From NCBI RefSeq assembly GCF_038025025.1, contig NW_027117338.1, positions 992,001 to 1,056,000 on the forward strand: a stretch of DNA of 64,000 nt, written 5' to 3'. The notes beneath the pieces were generated by a model, which worked only from the letters and a program-made list of their open reading frames with translations, had not been told where the DNA came from and did no database searches. The stretch is from Phyllosticta citribraziliensis. Its lineage: Eukaryota. Position numbers and translations under genes: made by a program. Below, piece after piece: positions 13,831 to 25,635 of the stretch. Positions within the stretch are counted from its first letter, which is position 1, and each line of letters opens with the position of its first letter.

Positions 13831-15051
13831 ATGACGACCCCGTCCTCCCAATCTCTGCTTTTGTTGCCGCCGCCGCCCCATCCACCCTCGTTTGCCGCTC
13901 TCAGGGCCGCCTACCACGCTCCTCTAGTCGCAGCCGTGAGAGACATCAGATCCAGCCCAGCCCTGCTCGAGGTTGCCCTGCCATGCCCACACCTCTATGG
14001 CAACGAGAAACTGCCGCGGAGCGCCCTGTATGCCGAGACACAGCGGCTGGTTTCGGGACTCTACAAGCTGATATGTGTGCTGGCGGCGCAAGAGGCTTCG
14101 GCCACGAGCGAAGCAGGCGGCCTGGACGCCCGCGTCCTGCTGCTTGCCTACCCGCGAGACGGACGGCTGGCACATGCCGTGTCGGGCGGTCGAACCGAGG
14201 ATGACCACCAGGGGCCCGTCGTCAATGTTGGCACGCTTGCGCGCAGTGGTAGACCCTGGCAGACGGTTTACGCGGTGCAGACCGAGGCTGGAGAGGAGCT
14301 GTTGAAGAACTTCCAGGCGGCCGGGACGAGCACGTACAGCATTTTGAGGGTTCGCGGAGGCACCACGCAGCTCCAAGGCCAAGAAAACCCGGAGCCGAGC
14401 TCAGATGATGTGCGCAGGCACGTCGCTGTTGCGGTTGGTGGAACCTTTGATCATCTGCACATTGGTCACAAGCTGCTACTCACCATGACAGCCTTTGCGG
14501 TGGAAAGCGCCGTCAATGTGGAAGAAGACGTGCAGCGGAGCATCACAGTCGGCATAACAGGAGACGAGCTGCTCAAGAACAAAAAGCATGCCGAGTTCCT
14601 GGAGAGCTGGGAGACGCGGCAGCGGGCCGTCTACGGCTTTCTCAGCACAATATTGGAATTTGGACCTGCCGGCAGCAACTTGAAACGGACGGAGGAAGTG
14701 CACAATGCCGGGCCCAACGGACATGCAGTCAACATCACGCTGCCAGCCAAGCTGACGGTCAAGTGCGTCGAGATATGGGATGCGTTCGGGCCCACGATTA
14801 CGGACGAGAGTATCACGGCCTTGGTGCTTTCGGGAGAGACGCGGTCTGGCGGCAACGCGGTGAATGACAAGCGGCGGGAGAGGGGATGGCCAGATCTGGA
14901 CGTGTTTGAAGTTGACGTGTTGGATGCCGACGAGACGGAGCTCGAGACGGGACAGGCAGAGCAGCAAAAGTTCGCGAGCAAGCTGAGCAGCACGGAGCTG
15001 CGGCGGCAGCAGAGCGAGCGGGCCAGGGCCAAGCGGACAAGCAGGGTCTGA
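13831..15051 (+). CDS. CAB4: Phosphopantetheine adenylyltransferase (CoA biosynthesis)
   Basis: HIGH-type nucleotidyltransferase motif VAVGGTFDHLHIGHKLLL, DAFGPTIT, ETRSGGNAVNDKR, KLSSTELR; single exon. Confidence 0.88.
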   Translation: MTTPSSQSLLLLPPPPHPPSFAALRAAYHAPLVAAVRDIRSSPALLEVALPCPHLYGNEKLPRSALYAETQRLVSGLYKLICVLAAQEASATSEAGGLDARVLLLAYPRDGRLAHAVSGGRTEDDHQGPVVNVGTLARSGRPWQTVYAVQTEAGEELLKNFQAAGTSTYSILRVRGGTTQLQGQENPEPSSDDVRRHVAVAVGGTFDHLHIGHKLLLTMTAFAVESAVNVEEDVQRSITVGITGDELLKNKKHAEFLESWETRQRAVYGFLSTILEFGPAGSNLKRTEEVHNAGPNGHAVNITLPAKLTVKCVEIWDAFGPTITDESITALVLSGETRSGGNAVNDKRRERGWPDLDVFEVDVLDADETELETGQAEQQKFASKLSSTELRRQQSERARAKRTSRV

Positions 15052-15717
15052 TGTATCTGCCGTGTAGCTCTGCAAGCCCAGTGTGACATGACAGCTCGCG
15101 CACCTCAGGCTACGTGATGATGCTGTGAAGCAACCACCTACATGTAGAACCTGACTCGACGGGCCTGAGGTGAGACTAAAGAAAGGGCCGCTCCGGCGGG
15201 CGTCGATCTCCCTTGGGGGGGTCGATGGATGGATGGATGGACGATTGACTCCGGTCGGCGTCGGATACGGCCCTGCCTCCCTGCCTCCCTGCCTCTGGGC
15301 TCTCTCACCGCTGCCCTGCACCGCCTGCAGCGCTGTGCTGGCAACGCATCTCGCAGCGTCCCCGTCCCCTTCCCCTTCCCCGGCTCCCATGTTGCTTGCA
15401 TTCTGGCGTGCTCCATGCGGAAGACTGCATCCAAAATCAATCACCTGACGAGCTGCTAGTCCTCTTACGGTCCGCCCCCCATGGCCTCATTGGTTCCGCC
15501 TTCGCATTCCCTCTCCACATACTCGCGACCTGCTCGACCTCCACCCACGATAGCGCTCGGCTGACACGTCTGCACCTCTCTCTTTATTTTTTCTACCTTC
15601 TGTTGCCTGCATCGTCCCGTCAAAGCTCTTATTATGCGCCGCCTCCGTCTTGACTCCATCTTCATCGTCTCCCGCGCCGCTCCTCTCGCTCCTCCGCCGT
15701 TGCCCGTCCAAGCCCTA

Positions 15718-15752
<35 letters not shown>
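15718..15752 (+). repeat. (CCTCGT)n hexamer microsatellite in the leader of the 15866 gene
   Basis: About six tandem CCTCGT units. Confidence 0.85.
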
Positions 15753-15865
15753 ATCGTGACTTGGCTCCTCCGATCGACTCTGATCGCCGTACCACCTTGT
15801 CGCTTGACTCGTTGATGAAAACCCCGAGCCCCGCGTGTGCTTGTCTCCGTTCCTTGTAAATCACC

Positions 15866-17490
15866 ATGGCCTCCAGGAACCACGACTCGGCGAGCGGCCT
15901 CTTGAAACTCTCCAACGAGCTCTTACGCGACATTCTCGACCACATCGAGTCCGATCCGGACAAGCTGGTGAACTTGGACCGCCGTAACTATCTTTCCCAG
16001 GAGAGCTTCAAGCCGCCACCGTTGCCAGCACCCAATCAAGCTCAGGATATTGGCAGTTTCCGCCTGACCTGCAAACGCTTCTCAGAGCTCGGCGCAATCC
16101 ATCAATTTTCCCGTGTGACGACGCGCTTCTCCAAAAAGGGCTTCCTGCGCCTGCAAAACATAAGCAGCTCTCCGCATCTGGCCAAAAATGTCAAAAAGTT
16201 CAGCTACATGGTTCCGTACTTTTACGTCGAGGGTCCGACTACTCTGCCTCTAGCGCGGGGCCGCAAAGGCTGACTTGTGGAATAGGACGGGAACGAGTGC
16301 AGCAGATTCTGCCCGCCCTCCAGGCGAGCTTGGGAACTGTGGACGTCCGGCAAATCGTGAAAAAGATCAACGAGCAGAAAGAAATTGTTACCTCGAGGGA
16401 AGACGAGAGGGTCTTGACAAATGCCCTGGCTGCCTTTACGTCACTGCAGCATGCACAACTTCTAAGAGTCCTGGACCAAGAGACGGCTGCTCTTCAGGCC
16501 TACATACGCCAACATGACGATGCTAACCAGCTGGTTGAGCTGAATTGGACCCCAGCATGCTCACACAGCGCCAAAACGCTTGGAGCAGCACTGCTAGCAG
16601 CACGCTCTCCATGCACGCGTTTCTCTTCGCCCATGTTGAGCCCGCAAAGCGCCATGGTCCTCGCGACACATCCACCAAAGACCACCCGAGCACTGGCAGA
16701 ACGCCTGACCTGCCTTGAGTTGCACTTTGACGATGGTCAGGACCTGGATAACAAAATGCGAGAGCTTTCTTCGCTTTTCAAAGTCATCTTCACAGCTGCA
16801 AAGAACATGCAGGCTGTTCACATCGGATTCCCATCCCATCGGCCGCTTTCTCTGAAACTGGAGGAGATATTCCACAATGTTCGTTTTGACAAGCTACTTG
16901 CGTTTGGCATCCAGGCATGGAGGTTGGATGCGGATGAAATAATTGCATTGGCAAGACGGCACCGGGATCGACTGAAAGGCCTGCGGCTACGGGATGTCTT
17001 GTTGAAAGAGGGGAGCATGTGGAAAGACGTCTTGGCTTTTCTGCGCGAAGACATGTTCCGTCTGGATTGGGTCAGCTTGCGACGCATCGGATATGCAAAG
17101 CACTTTGATGAGCAGTGGGCAGCAGCCGGCGCAGAAGTCCCGGATGATCCGCCTGGCGGAGCCAGCGAGAGCGATGATGAAAGCGACTGGGACCCGCACG
17201 CCAATGCAGACCAAGACGATGGCTCGCTCGATTCCTTGGGCGATGACAGCTCTATTGAGTCAGAAAACGAGCTCTCGGACGACGACAACGGACCCGAAGA
17301 GGAGGGCATGGACTTTCCCATGATTTCGCCGGACACGCCGTCTAGCGTGCCGTGGTGCAACTGCGGAAGAAACGCATTTCCCGAAAACCCAGAGGCGCTC
17401 AACGACAACGGCATGTTTGTATCGAATCCACAGCGCAAGATTTGGGAGAAGTGGGTTGTCAGAAGATGCCCAGAGCATAGCGAACGATGA
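15866..17490 (+). CDS. F-box-like / LRR-like fungal protein, ~523 aa, 2 exons
   Basis: Exons 15866-16232 and 16286-17490; F-box-like LLKLSNELLRDILDHI...FRLTCKRFSEL; LRR-like LKGLRLRDV segments; acidic tail. Confidence 0.75.
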
Positions 17491-18557
17491 AGAAATCAAC
17501 CGACCAAGGAACCGATGCTTGCTTTCCACCACAAGAATCGGGCCCGGTTTGTTCAGCCCATCTCACGGATTTTGGACCCTGACCTTCAATACACCACGAT
17601 TCATCTCATGTACCCTCTCTGGAGTTTTTGGAGTTATCATTGGTCGGCTGCATGCACATGAGGACGCATCACACACGAGCAAATATCTACGGCGTTCAAA
17701 ATCCAACATGCAGCAAACTAGTTACTGAGCATACAACGCCCATGGGCTGATGTCTTCTCATGCTAATCATTCTTGGTTTATTAAATTCTCATTCGCAGGT
17801 TGTTGGATGGAAAATGGCGACAAACAAACTGGGTAGCACATTGGCCTTGGAGAAGAGGGGCAACTGGGGGCGCCGTCTTGCGGTATCTACATATGTTTTC
17901 AACACTGCGATGCTTGCCTTGATTCACTCAGTTCCGTTTCAGCCTGCGCTGAGATGCAGACGGACATCTGTAAGTCTCGCTCAGAAGGAGTGGCATTTGA
18001 AGCAAAGTGGATAAGGCGGAGGCTGGGTATAGATGATGTGCACGAGCTCCACACTACGTAAAATAAGTAATTTATTATCTGTCATTTGAAGGATTGGAAT
18101 GCTGTTGTCATTCTACTTTCCTGTGCTTAGGTCGAAAGCAACCAAGCGGAGCAAGTTGATGTAGGACAGGTAGCTCTTACGGCCCAGATGGATCATCTCC
18201 GCTCCAGGAATGCTTACGACTACATCGACGATTGTTGACATGGTAGCGACGAGAATAATGCGGAGGTTGCTGCGGGAGCTCGCGTGAGGCCTTTCCCTGC
18301 TCACATGTTCCCTGTCATCTGGGGGCCCCGGCTTCATGACGCTATCGTGCGCGCGTGGGCCAACACCTCCACACCCACCCGGACTGCCTCAACCAACCTC
18401 CCCAGTCGCTCGTGCTGAGACACGAAGCCATCTCGTGCCCCTCTGCAGCCGCTCAAGTCGCGAAACTGACAGGCAAGCATGCCCGCGTTCTCTTGAACCT
18501 CATCGCCAGCTTGCCATACCACCCTCCGCCGCGACCAGACAAGTTGTCTAACATTCA

Positions 18558-20267
18558 ATGTCGATCTTCAGGTCGTGGTCTGCGCGCCTCGACGGCCAGT
18601 CCTCGCCATCCTCGTCCGCATCGTTCTTCCATTTCCCCAATATGTCCTCTCCTCGGGACATGGACCGCGAGCACGAGCTCCCACACTGGAGCGACTCGCC
18701 CTCGGATACGAGCATGAGCAATACTACGACAGGCATGAGCGTCAACTCGCCCGCATCACCTCCGCCGCGCCCATTCTTTCCGCCCGCCCCGATTCTCGCC
18801 AGTGTTCACGCCTCGACCGCGCGACTGAAGCAATCGCGACAACTGCCCGACGCGCTTGTGCTGCTGCGGCGCCGCGAACAACAGCTACATGACGAGCTGC
18901 AGGACTTGTTATTTGCGCAAGAGGAGGCACTGGCAGAGGCTACGGGAGGCGGGATTTCTGGAGAACCAGAGGCAGTCGACTTGAGCGGGAGTTTGACGCC
19001 GACGGTGCAAAGCTTGACCACGGCGAGTGTAAATGAAAACGGGAATGGGACACATTCTGAACGGCGGCAGTCAGCGCGAGTCAAGCTGGGCGTCAACGCC
19101 GCAAGAAAGGGAATCCGTCGGGCGATGCGCAAACTTGCGGCCGTCAAGGCCCAAGAGAGCAGGCTTCTGGACGGCGATAAGGAGGGAAGCAATGCAGTGC
19201 TGGAGCAGCTCAAGAAGTGGGACGAGCGCAAGGAAAAGCTCAACCAACAAATCCACGATATTGAGACAGGGGACCACCACTCGAAGACGGATCGACTGAG
19301 ACACGAAGCAACAATGCTTGAAGGTGAGATCTCCGAGTTGGAGGAGAAGCTGCGCATCATGAAGACGCGTCACCGCGAGCTGCTGTCCGAGATCTCCGAG
19401 ATCGACAATTCGGTGCAATCAAAACTCTCATCATACAAGACATCACTCTCCTTACTCGAATCCGACATCACCAATTTTCTTCGGCGCGCGCCTTCGCGAG
19501 ATCGTGGTGGCGCTGGCGGACACGGAGATGCCCCCTTCTACAAGATGCCCCCTAAGCGTCGCACCCTCGAGCTGGCCAAAGATCACTATCACGACGAGCT
19601 CGAGGCAGTACAGGAGCAGCAAGCAGAGCTCGCGCGCGAGCGCAACGCCCTGGAAGAAGGCGCGGCCATCTGGAGCGACATTCTACGCGCCATTACGGCA
19701 CTGGAACGGCACATTGCGTCGGCGACTGCGCATCTGGCATCGTCATCGGAAGACTCGACTGCCGAGGCCAAAGGTCTCCTGCACCACTTCGAAGACACGA
19801 CGACGTTTTTGGAAGCGCAGATCGACGCGGCCGAGGAGCGCGGCTGGAAACTGCTGGTCGCGTGCGTGGGCGCCGAGCTGGCCGCGCTGCACCAGGGCCG
19901 CCGGTTCCTCGAGGACATGGTTGGCGAGGCCGAGGGCACGTCGCCAACGGTGGAGCGCGAAAAGCTGCTGGGCGACGTCGACGTCGAGTTTGCGCCGAGC
20001 AGCGGCGCGGCGAGTCCAAGGCTCCGCGATGGGTCGACTGCGGACGGCGGCGCTGCTGCGAATCGCGGCGGCGGCGCCGGCTTGTCGAGCAGTCAGCGCA
20101 CCATGCTTCCGATCAGGAGTTCCAGTGGCAGCAGTCTTGCTGGTAAGAGCTCTGCTGCTCCGTCGGGCGAAAAGACTAGAGTCAAGGAGTACCAGAGTAC
20201 CGATGAGGACGAGCCCGATCCCGAGCTTTTGATTTCGCATCAAGACACGGATGATGATTTGAGATAG
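18558..20267 (+). CDS. ATG28: Autophagy-related coiled-coil protein Atg28 (filamentous-fungal type)
   Basis: Coiled coil with recalled family motifs LQDLLFAQEEAL, NSVQSKLSSYK, PPKRRTLELAK, ALEEGAAIW, WKLLVACVGAEL. Confidence 0.78.
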   Translation: MSIFRSWSARLDGQSSPSSSASFFHFPNMSSPRDMDREHELPHWSDSPSDTSMSNTTTGMSVNSPASPPPRPFFPPAPILASVHASTARLKQSRQLPDALVLLRRREQQLHDELQDLLFAQEEALAEATGGGISGEPEAVDLSGSLTPTVQSLTTASVNENGNGTHSERRQSARVKLGVNAARKGIRRAMRKLAAVKAQESRLLDGDKEGSNAVLEQLKKWDERKEKLNQQIHDIETGDHHSKTDRLRHEATMLEGEISELEEKLRIMKTRHRELLSEISEIDNSVQSKLSSYKTSLSLLESDITNFLRRAPSRDRGGAGGHGDAPFYKMPPKRRTLELAKDHYHDELEAVQEQQAELARERNALEEGAAIWSDILRAITALERHIASATAHLASSSEDSTAEAKGLLHHFEDTTTFLEAQIDAAEERGWKLLVACVGAELAALHQGRRFLEDMVGEAEGTSPTVEREKLLGDVDVEFAPSSGAASPRLRDGSTADGGAAANRGGGAGLSSSQRTMLPIRSSSGSSLAGKSSAAPSGEKTRVKEYQSTDEDEPDPELLISHQDTDDDLR

Positions 20268-22255
20268 ATGATAGGGGCAGAGTGCCCTTACTCGCGACAT
20301 AAAATGGCACATTGCTTAGCGAGAGTATCAGAAAGGGATTCGAGGAGACAGTCTTATCTTTCTTGTAAATACTTTTTGGCAGCGTCTTTGGTCACGGCAT
20401 AATGGGTGTCAAAGGAGATGGCTTGTGGCGGCGTCCGAGGAGCTATCGTTCACTGCCCCGGCAGCTTTACCCAAAGTTGTGCCCTTCTTTTTGGCACTCA
20501 CACACTGCGCCGGCTTCTTTGGTGGATTGAATAGAACAGTCAGTGTTGTTGAGCTACGAAATTCTGTACTTTACCCCCTTCTGTTGTCGTCATCCTTCCC
20601 ATCGAATTGCATCATCATTCGAATAATCCAAACCAACGCACAATGAGGCAAACATTCACGTCATATGTATAGCCTCTGCAATTCTTCAGCTTCTCCCTGC
20701 AACCTCTTCCACATCAAACTCGAGGGGCCCCACAGCCCACGTCCACCCCATTAAGAGAATTTGTAGAGCCAAGGACACAGCACAAAACAATCTCATCCGG
20801 AATTGAATCCATTGACTCTATGTATACCCTCTGTGAATGTGTTTTGTTCGGCGAGCGCTCTCAGCCGAGCCCGCGTCAAATTGTCCCATCCCATCCCATT
20901 CCGTCCTGTCCATTCTATCCCATTTTGATTTCCAGCCGCACTCTGATCCAGCATCCAGCATCCGGCGTCAATCTGAGCGGCCTCGCCTTGCCTTCCCTTC
21001 CATCTATAGACGCAACAATCCATCCATCAAAGGAAAAAAGCAGCCTCGAGGGCAAAAATGAAAAGGGGACAATCTAGTGGTAAGTGGTGGTCAAAGTGGT
21101 CGTCTCGATCGATAGGAGACGACCGACAGACAGAGAAGAAGAATAGGAAAGAAGAAAAATAAGAAAGGGGGAAATGAGAAGAAAAAGGTCCGACAAGGAC
21201 AACGAGCGCTTCCATCAAGCGCGTGCGCGCGCAGTCAGTCTGACGGTTTGACCTTGACCCCACGCCGATTCCAATCTATCGAACCGGCTACGAACACAGC
21301 CTGATGATTCTCAGCAATCGACGAAAGAACGACTGTGCCGGCGTTGGCTTAAGCCAAGCAAACAACGAAAGCAAAGAACAGACATAAGCAAAAAGTATGA
21401 GCCATAGCCATTGCAGTCAACCAGGAAATAGCTATAACTACAGTAAAGCAAGATAGGGTTACTAGCAGAGAGGTAAGAGGTAAAGGGGGAAAAAGAAGAC
21501 AACAAGGGTGGGGAAAATAGAAAAGTGTGTTGGAGGTAGTGACTAGCTGCAACACGCAAGGTTTCCCGCCCTTTGATTGTCATTACTCCGTTCCCAGTCC
21601 ATCACCCGCCCTGCCTGCCCTGGGTTGCCTTTTGCCTCGCCTGTTCCACTCCGTGTCAAATAAGCCACTTGCCCGCCCCCACGTCCCCTGTGCGTAGCTC
21701 GTCATCGTGAGTAACCTGCTCGAATCCTCTCCTTTGGCTGGATAAGAGATGCCGAGGACAGAGGGGAAAACAAAGAGGCCACCGAAGAGGAGGGGCGACA
21801 ACAGAGGCAGCAAGTGATTCTGCCCGCCGATCCGTTCCGTCGAAAGAGAGAAACTGTCATGATACACATGCTCATAGCCATAGCAAGGGGAAAAAGGAAA
21901 AAGGGAAGAAAAGAAAGAAGTGCCGGTGAAGTAGAAGCGTGCTGAGCATGATTCCTATCGTTGATGCACGGAAGAAATCATGCCAAGGGGTATTGGGGTG
22001 GCTGTGACGGGAGAAAAGTAGTTGTCGGGACAAAACCAAGTCTGCGGCTCTGAGTTGACCGGTCTCATCGTCCAAGAAAAGTCGCGCGAGACGTTGCCCC
22101 GATCGAGAAGAAAGGAAACCGGCACGACTTCAGAACTTTTGAGCACCACCCAGGGAGTCAAGCGACGGACCGAACGCCTCATACGCCGAGTGGGAGTATC
22201 GAAGAAAAGAAGACATTGAATGGACGACGCGGAACGATTAGGTCAAGAGCTATGC

Positions 22256-24606
22256 TCAAGCCTTGTTCTCAGCGGCCTCTCCCTCCTTGGCCGCCTCCTT
22301 GGGAGCCTGGTTCTCGTCCTGGCCGTTCTCACCCTTGGACTTGATGTACTCCTGGTAGACGCCCATGGCCTCCTCAACCTTGGCACGCAGGGCGGACTCA
22401 TCACTGGTGCTGAGAAGAGTCAGTAAAGCAGTGTTGAAACAGTCGAAAAGGCAACTTACAGGTTGATGAGCTCGGCGTTGTCCATCTCCAAAAGCATACC
22501 GGTAATCTTGCCAGCAAGCTCGGGCTGCTGGGTGTGGATCTTGGGGTACAGGGCCTCACCAAGCATCTGCTTCTGCTGAGCCTGGGGCGCAGCGTTGAGA
22601 GCCTGGAGGTCGAGGCCGCCTTCGGCAGCACCCTGGCCAGGAGCAGGGCGGCCGCCGGGGAAGCCAGGAGCCTGCTGGCGGGGAGCACCACCACGACCGG
22701 CGTTCGGGCCGCCGCGGTTGTTGCCGGGCATTTGACCGGCCATCTGGGGCATACCAGGCATGGGCATACCGGGGACGGCACCACCACGGCCGGCACCGCG
22801 ACCACCCATGGCCTGCGCGGCGAGCATCTGAGCGTAGGCGGGGTTGAACTGAGGAGGAATGGCACCGGGCATAGGAGCACCGGGGTAGGGCATGCCCATG
22901 GGCGGCATCTGCTGGGCGTTGGGACCGCCACGGCCACCCTGCATGGGCATACCGCCAGGGAAGCCAGCACCGCGTCCACCCTGGGGCATACCCTGAGGGT
23001 AGCCAGGCATTTGGCCGCGACCAGGAGGCATGAAGGGCTGCTGTCCAGGACCAAAGAACATCTGGGGCTGGACAAACTGCTGAGCGGGCATGCCAGCAGC
23101 GGCAGCGGCCTGCTGCATACGGATCTGGTTGCGGGCCTGGATGGTTGCCTCGAGCTGGCTCTTGCGGACGTCCTTGCGCTGAGCGAGAGCGACGTAGAGA
23201 GGCTTGCCGCCGGACATCTTCTGGTTCATCTCGGTAACAGCCTTGGTAGCCTCGTCGGGGTTGCTGAAGCAAACGAAGCCAAAGCCCTTGCTCTTGCCGA
23301 GAATCTTCTTCTCGCCCTTGATGGTGACCTTGTCCATCTCCTTGGTGAGCTTGTCAACGCCGTCCTTCTTCTCCTCCTCGTCGTCGGACTTCTTCTCCTC
23401 CTCCTCCTTGTCCTCTTTCTCATCGTCCTTCTTCTCCTCAGACTTGGGGCTCTCGGAGTCAGAACGATCGACGGGAGAGGTGTCGCGCATGACCTTGGCC
23501 GAGGTGATGGTGCCATAGGGAGCAAACATGTCGCGCAGCTTCTCATCGTCCACGTCGTCGGTGAGGTTCTTGACGTAGAGGTTGACACCCTGGTACTTGG
23601 ACTGCTTCTCGGCGCGAGCGGCTTCGTACTGCTTGCGGAGCTCCTCCTCACGCTCGTGCTTCTTCTGGGCGCGACCGACGTACAGCTTCTGACCCTTCCA
23701 CTCGCGGTCGTTAAGGTCATCCACAGCCTTGGCAGCGCTCTCGTGCCTGGCGTAGTTGACGAAACCAAAGCCGCGGCTCTTGCCGGTCTCTTGGTCACGA
23801 GCCAGCGAGGAAGAAGTGATTTGACCAAACCTCTCGAAAAGCTCGCGGAACTCGTCATCGGTGACATCAAGGTCAATGTTCTTAACGTAGACATTGGTGA
23901 AGTTGGCCTTCATCTCCTCGAACTTGCTCATGCGGTCCTTCTTGGGAATGTGGTGGCCGACAAACACCTTCTTCTCGTTCAGAAGCATACCGTTGACGTG
24001 CTTGATAGCGTTGTTGGCGGCCTCGGCAGTCTCGTAGTGGACGAAACCGTAGCCCTTGGAGTTTCCATGCTCGTCGGTGGCGACCTTGCAGCTGAGAATG
24101 GTGCCAAAGGCAGCAAAGGTGTCGTGGAGGGCCTTGTTGTCAATTGCCGAGTCGAGGTTCTTGATAAAGACGTTGCCCTGGCCAGTCTTGCGCAGAGCGG
24201 GATCACGCTGGGACCACATGATGCGGCACGGCTTGCCCTTGATCAGGGTGTAGTTGAGCTCCTCGAGGGCGCGCTCACCATCCTCCGAAGAGTTGTAGTT
24301 GACGTAGGCGTAACCGAGCGAGCGGCGGGTGACGGCGTCACGGCAGACGCGAATGGAAGCGACCTGGCCGATGGAGGAGAAGAGCTCGAAGAGCATGGCC
24401 TCGGTGACGGACTGGTCGAGCTCGCCGACGTAGAGCGAGGCCGAGTTCTGGTGCGCGGAAGGAGCGGCGGAAGTGGGCGTGGGCACCTCTGCGGCAGTCG
24501 CGGAGCCGACGTTGGTGTTGATGGCAGTGCCGTTCGCGTCGGCAGCGACAGGCGACGTCTGAGCGGCATCAGCGGCCGGAGCGGCGTTGGCAACCTCGGC
24601 AGACAT
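22256..24606 (-). CDS. PAB1: Polyadenylate-binding protein, ~766 aa
   Basis: Four RRMs ([43 protein letters not shown]) and MLLE domain ([12 protein letters not shown]); intron 22410-22459; stop 22256-22258. Confidence 0.98.
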
Positions 24607-24944
24607 TTTGCTGATAGTGTTTTCTGGACTGGTCAGCGGTGGTGGAGGTCGAGGGTGCAGAGACTCGAGAGGGTTGGCGCGAGCGGTGCGCGAAAATTAT
24701 GCGACAGGCATGTGGGCTTTGCTCACCTTGAGTAAAAAGCTAAAGAACACCTAACCGATGGAGAGAAGAGCGAGCTCGTTTGACGACCGAGGCAGGACGT
24801 GTGCAGTGAGTCAACGGACGCGACAAGCAGAAGCAGCGAGCTCAGAAGAGGTGAGGGCGAGGGTTCTGGGGCCGAGGAGCAGAGTGGGCGACTGGTGGGA
24901 TTGAGATGGAGCAGTCGCGTCGAAGCCGGCAGCTGGACTGGAGG

Positions 24945-24986
24945 TTTTTTGAAGTTTTTAACTTTTTTTTCAGTGGACGAAGTTTT
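24945..24986 (-). promoter_or_regulatory. A-rich tract in predicted PAB1 5'UTR (candidate autoregulatory element)
   Basis: Minus strand reads AAAA...AAAAAAAAGTTAAAAACTTCAAAAAA just downstream of a CT-rich initiation-type region. Confidence 0.6.
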
Positions 24987-25635
24987 CTGGAGGGAACCGG
25001 GGGCAGAAGAGAGACAGAGACTCAGAAAGAGGCTCGCTCGGGAAGCAGCGTGTGCGTGTAGCTGTGATGGGAGGTGGGTTGGCTTTTGTCGCGACGACGG
25101 GCGACTTTGTCTGAATGAAATAATTTTGTGCCAAGCCGCCTCGCCAAATTCGGCAGCGGCGGCCCTTGGCGCACACTCCGGCTCCCGTCACTCCAGTCAC
25201 CACGACCTCTCCGGGCACAACTCCTCACGCGGCCTCTACACGTCCTCCTCACTGGGCTGGACTGGACTGACTGAACTTGACTGGACTCAAATGTCCATTA
25301 GATCCTACCACCCCCTCACTCCTCCAAAATATGGCTCGCTAACGTCATCTCCAACCTCCAGCCTTTCCGGCGTGCGCCGGCCGTTGGCGAGCCCTCCATT
25401 ACTCAGACTGCACAAAGACCCTCAAACGGTCCTTTTGCACAAAGAATACATCTTCGCCTTCTAGAAACTATCAAACAATCCCCAAGGCTCCCCTCGGCGT
25501 TCTTTCATGACGTATCTCCTATGCATGCTCCTTGTACACCACCGCAAACGGGCCTCACCGACAATTAAAGGTGCAAAACAAGCCATTCGACTCTCTAGCA
25601 AACAACGACTACCACATGCAACCATCCCTCGGCCA

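Noticed and set aside
18113..18558. Two short minus-strand ORFs upstream of ATG28
   Set aside because: No motifs, splice support or recognisable homology.
22534..24735. 733-aa + strand ORF antisense to PAB1
   Set aside because: In-register mirror of a highly biased CDS: avoidance of TTA/CTA/TCA codons removes antisense stops. No recognisable motifs.
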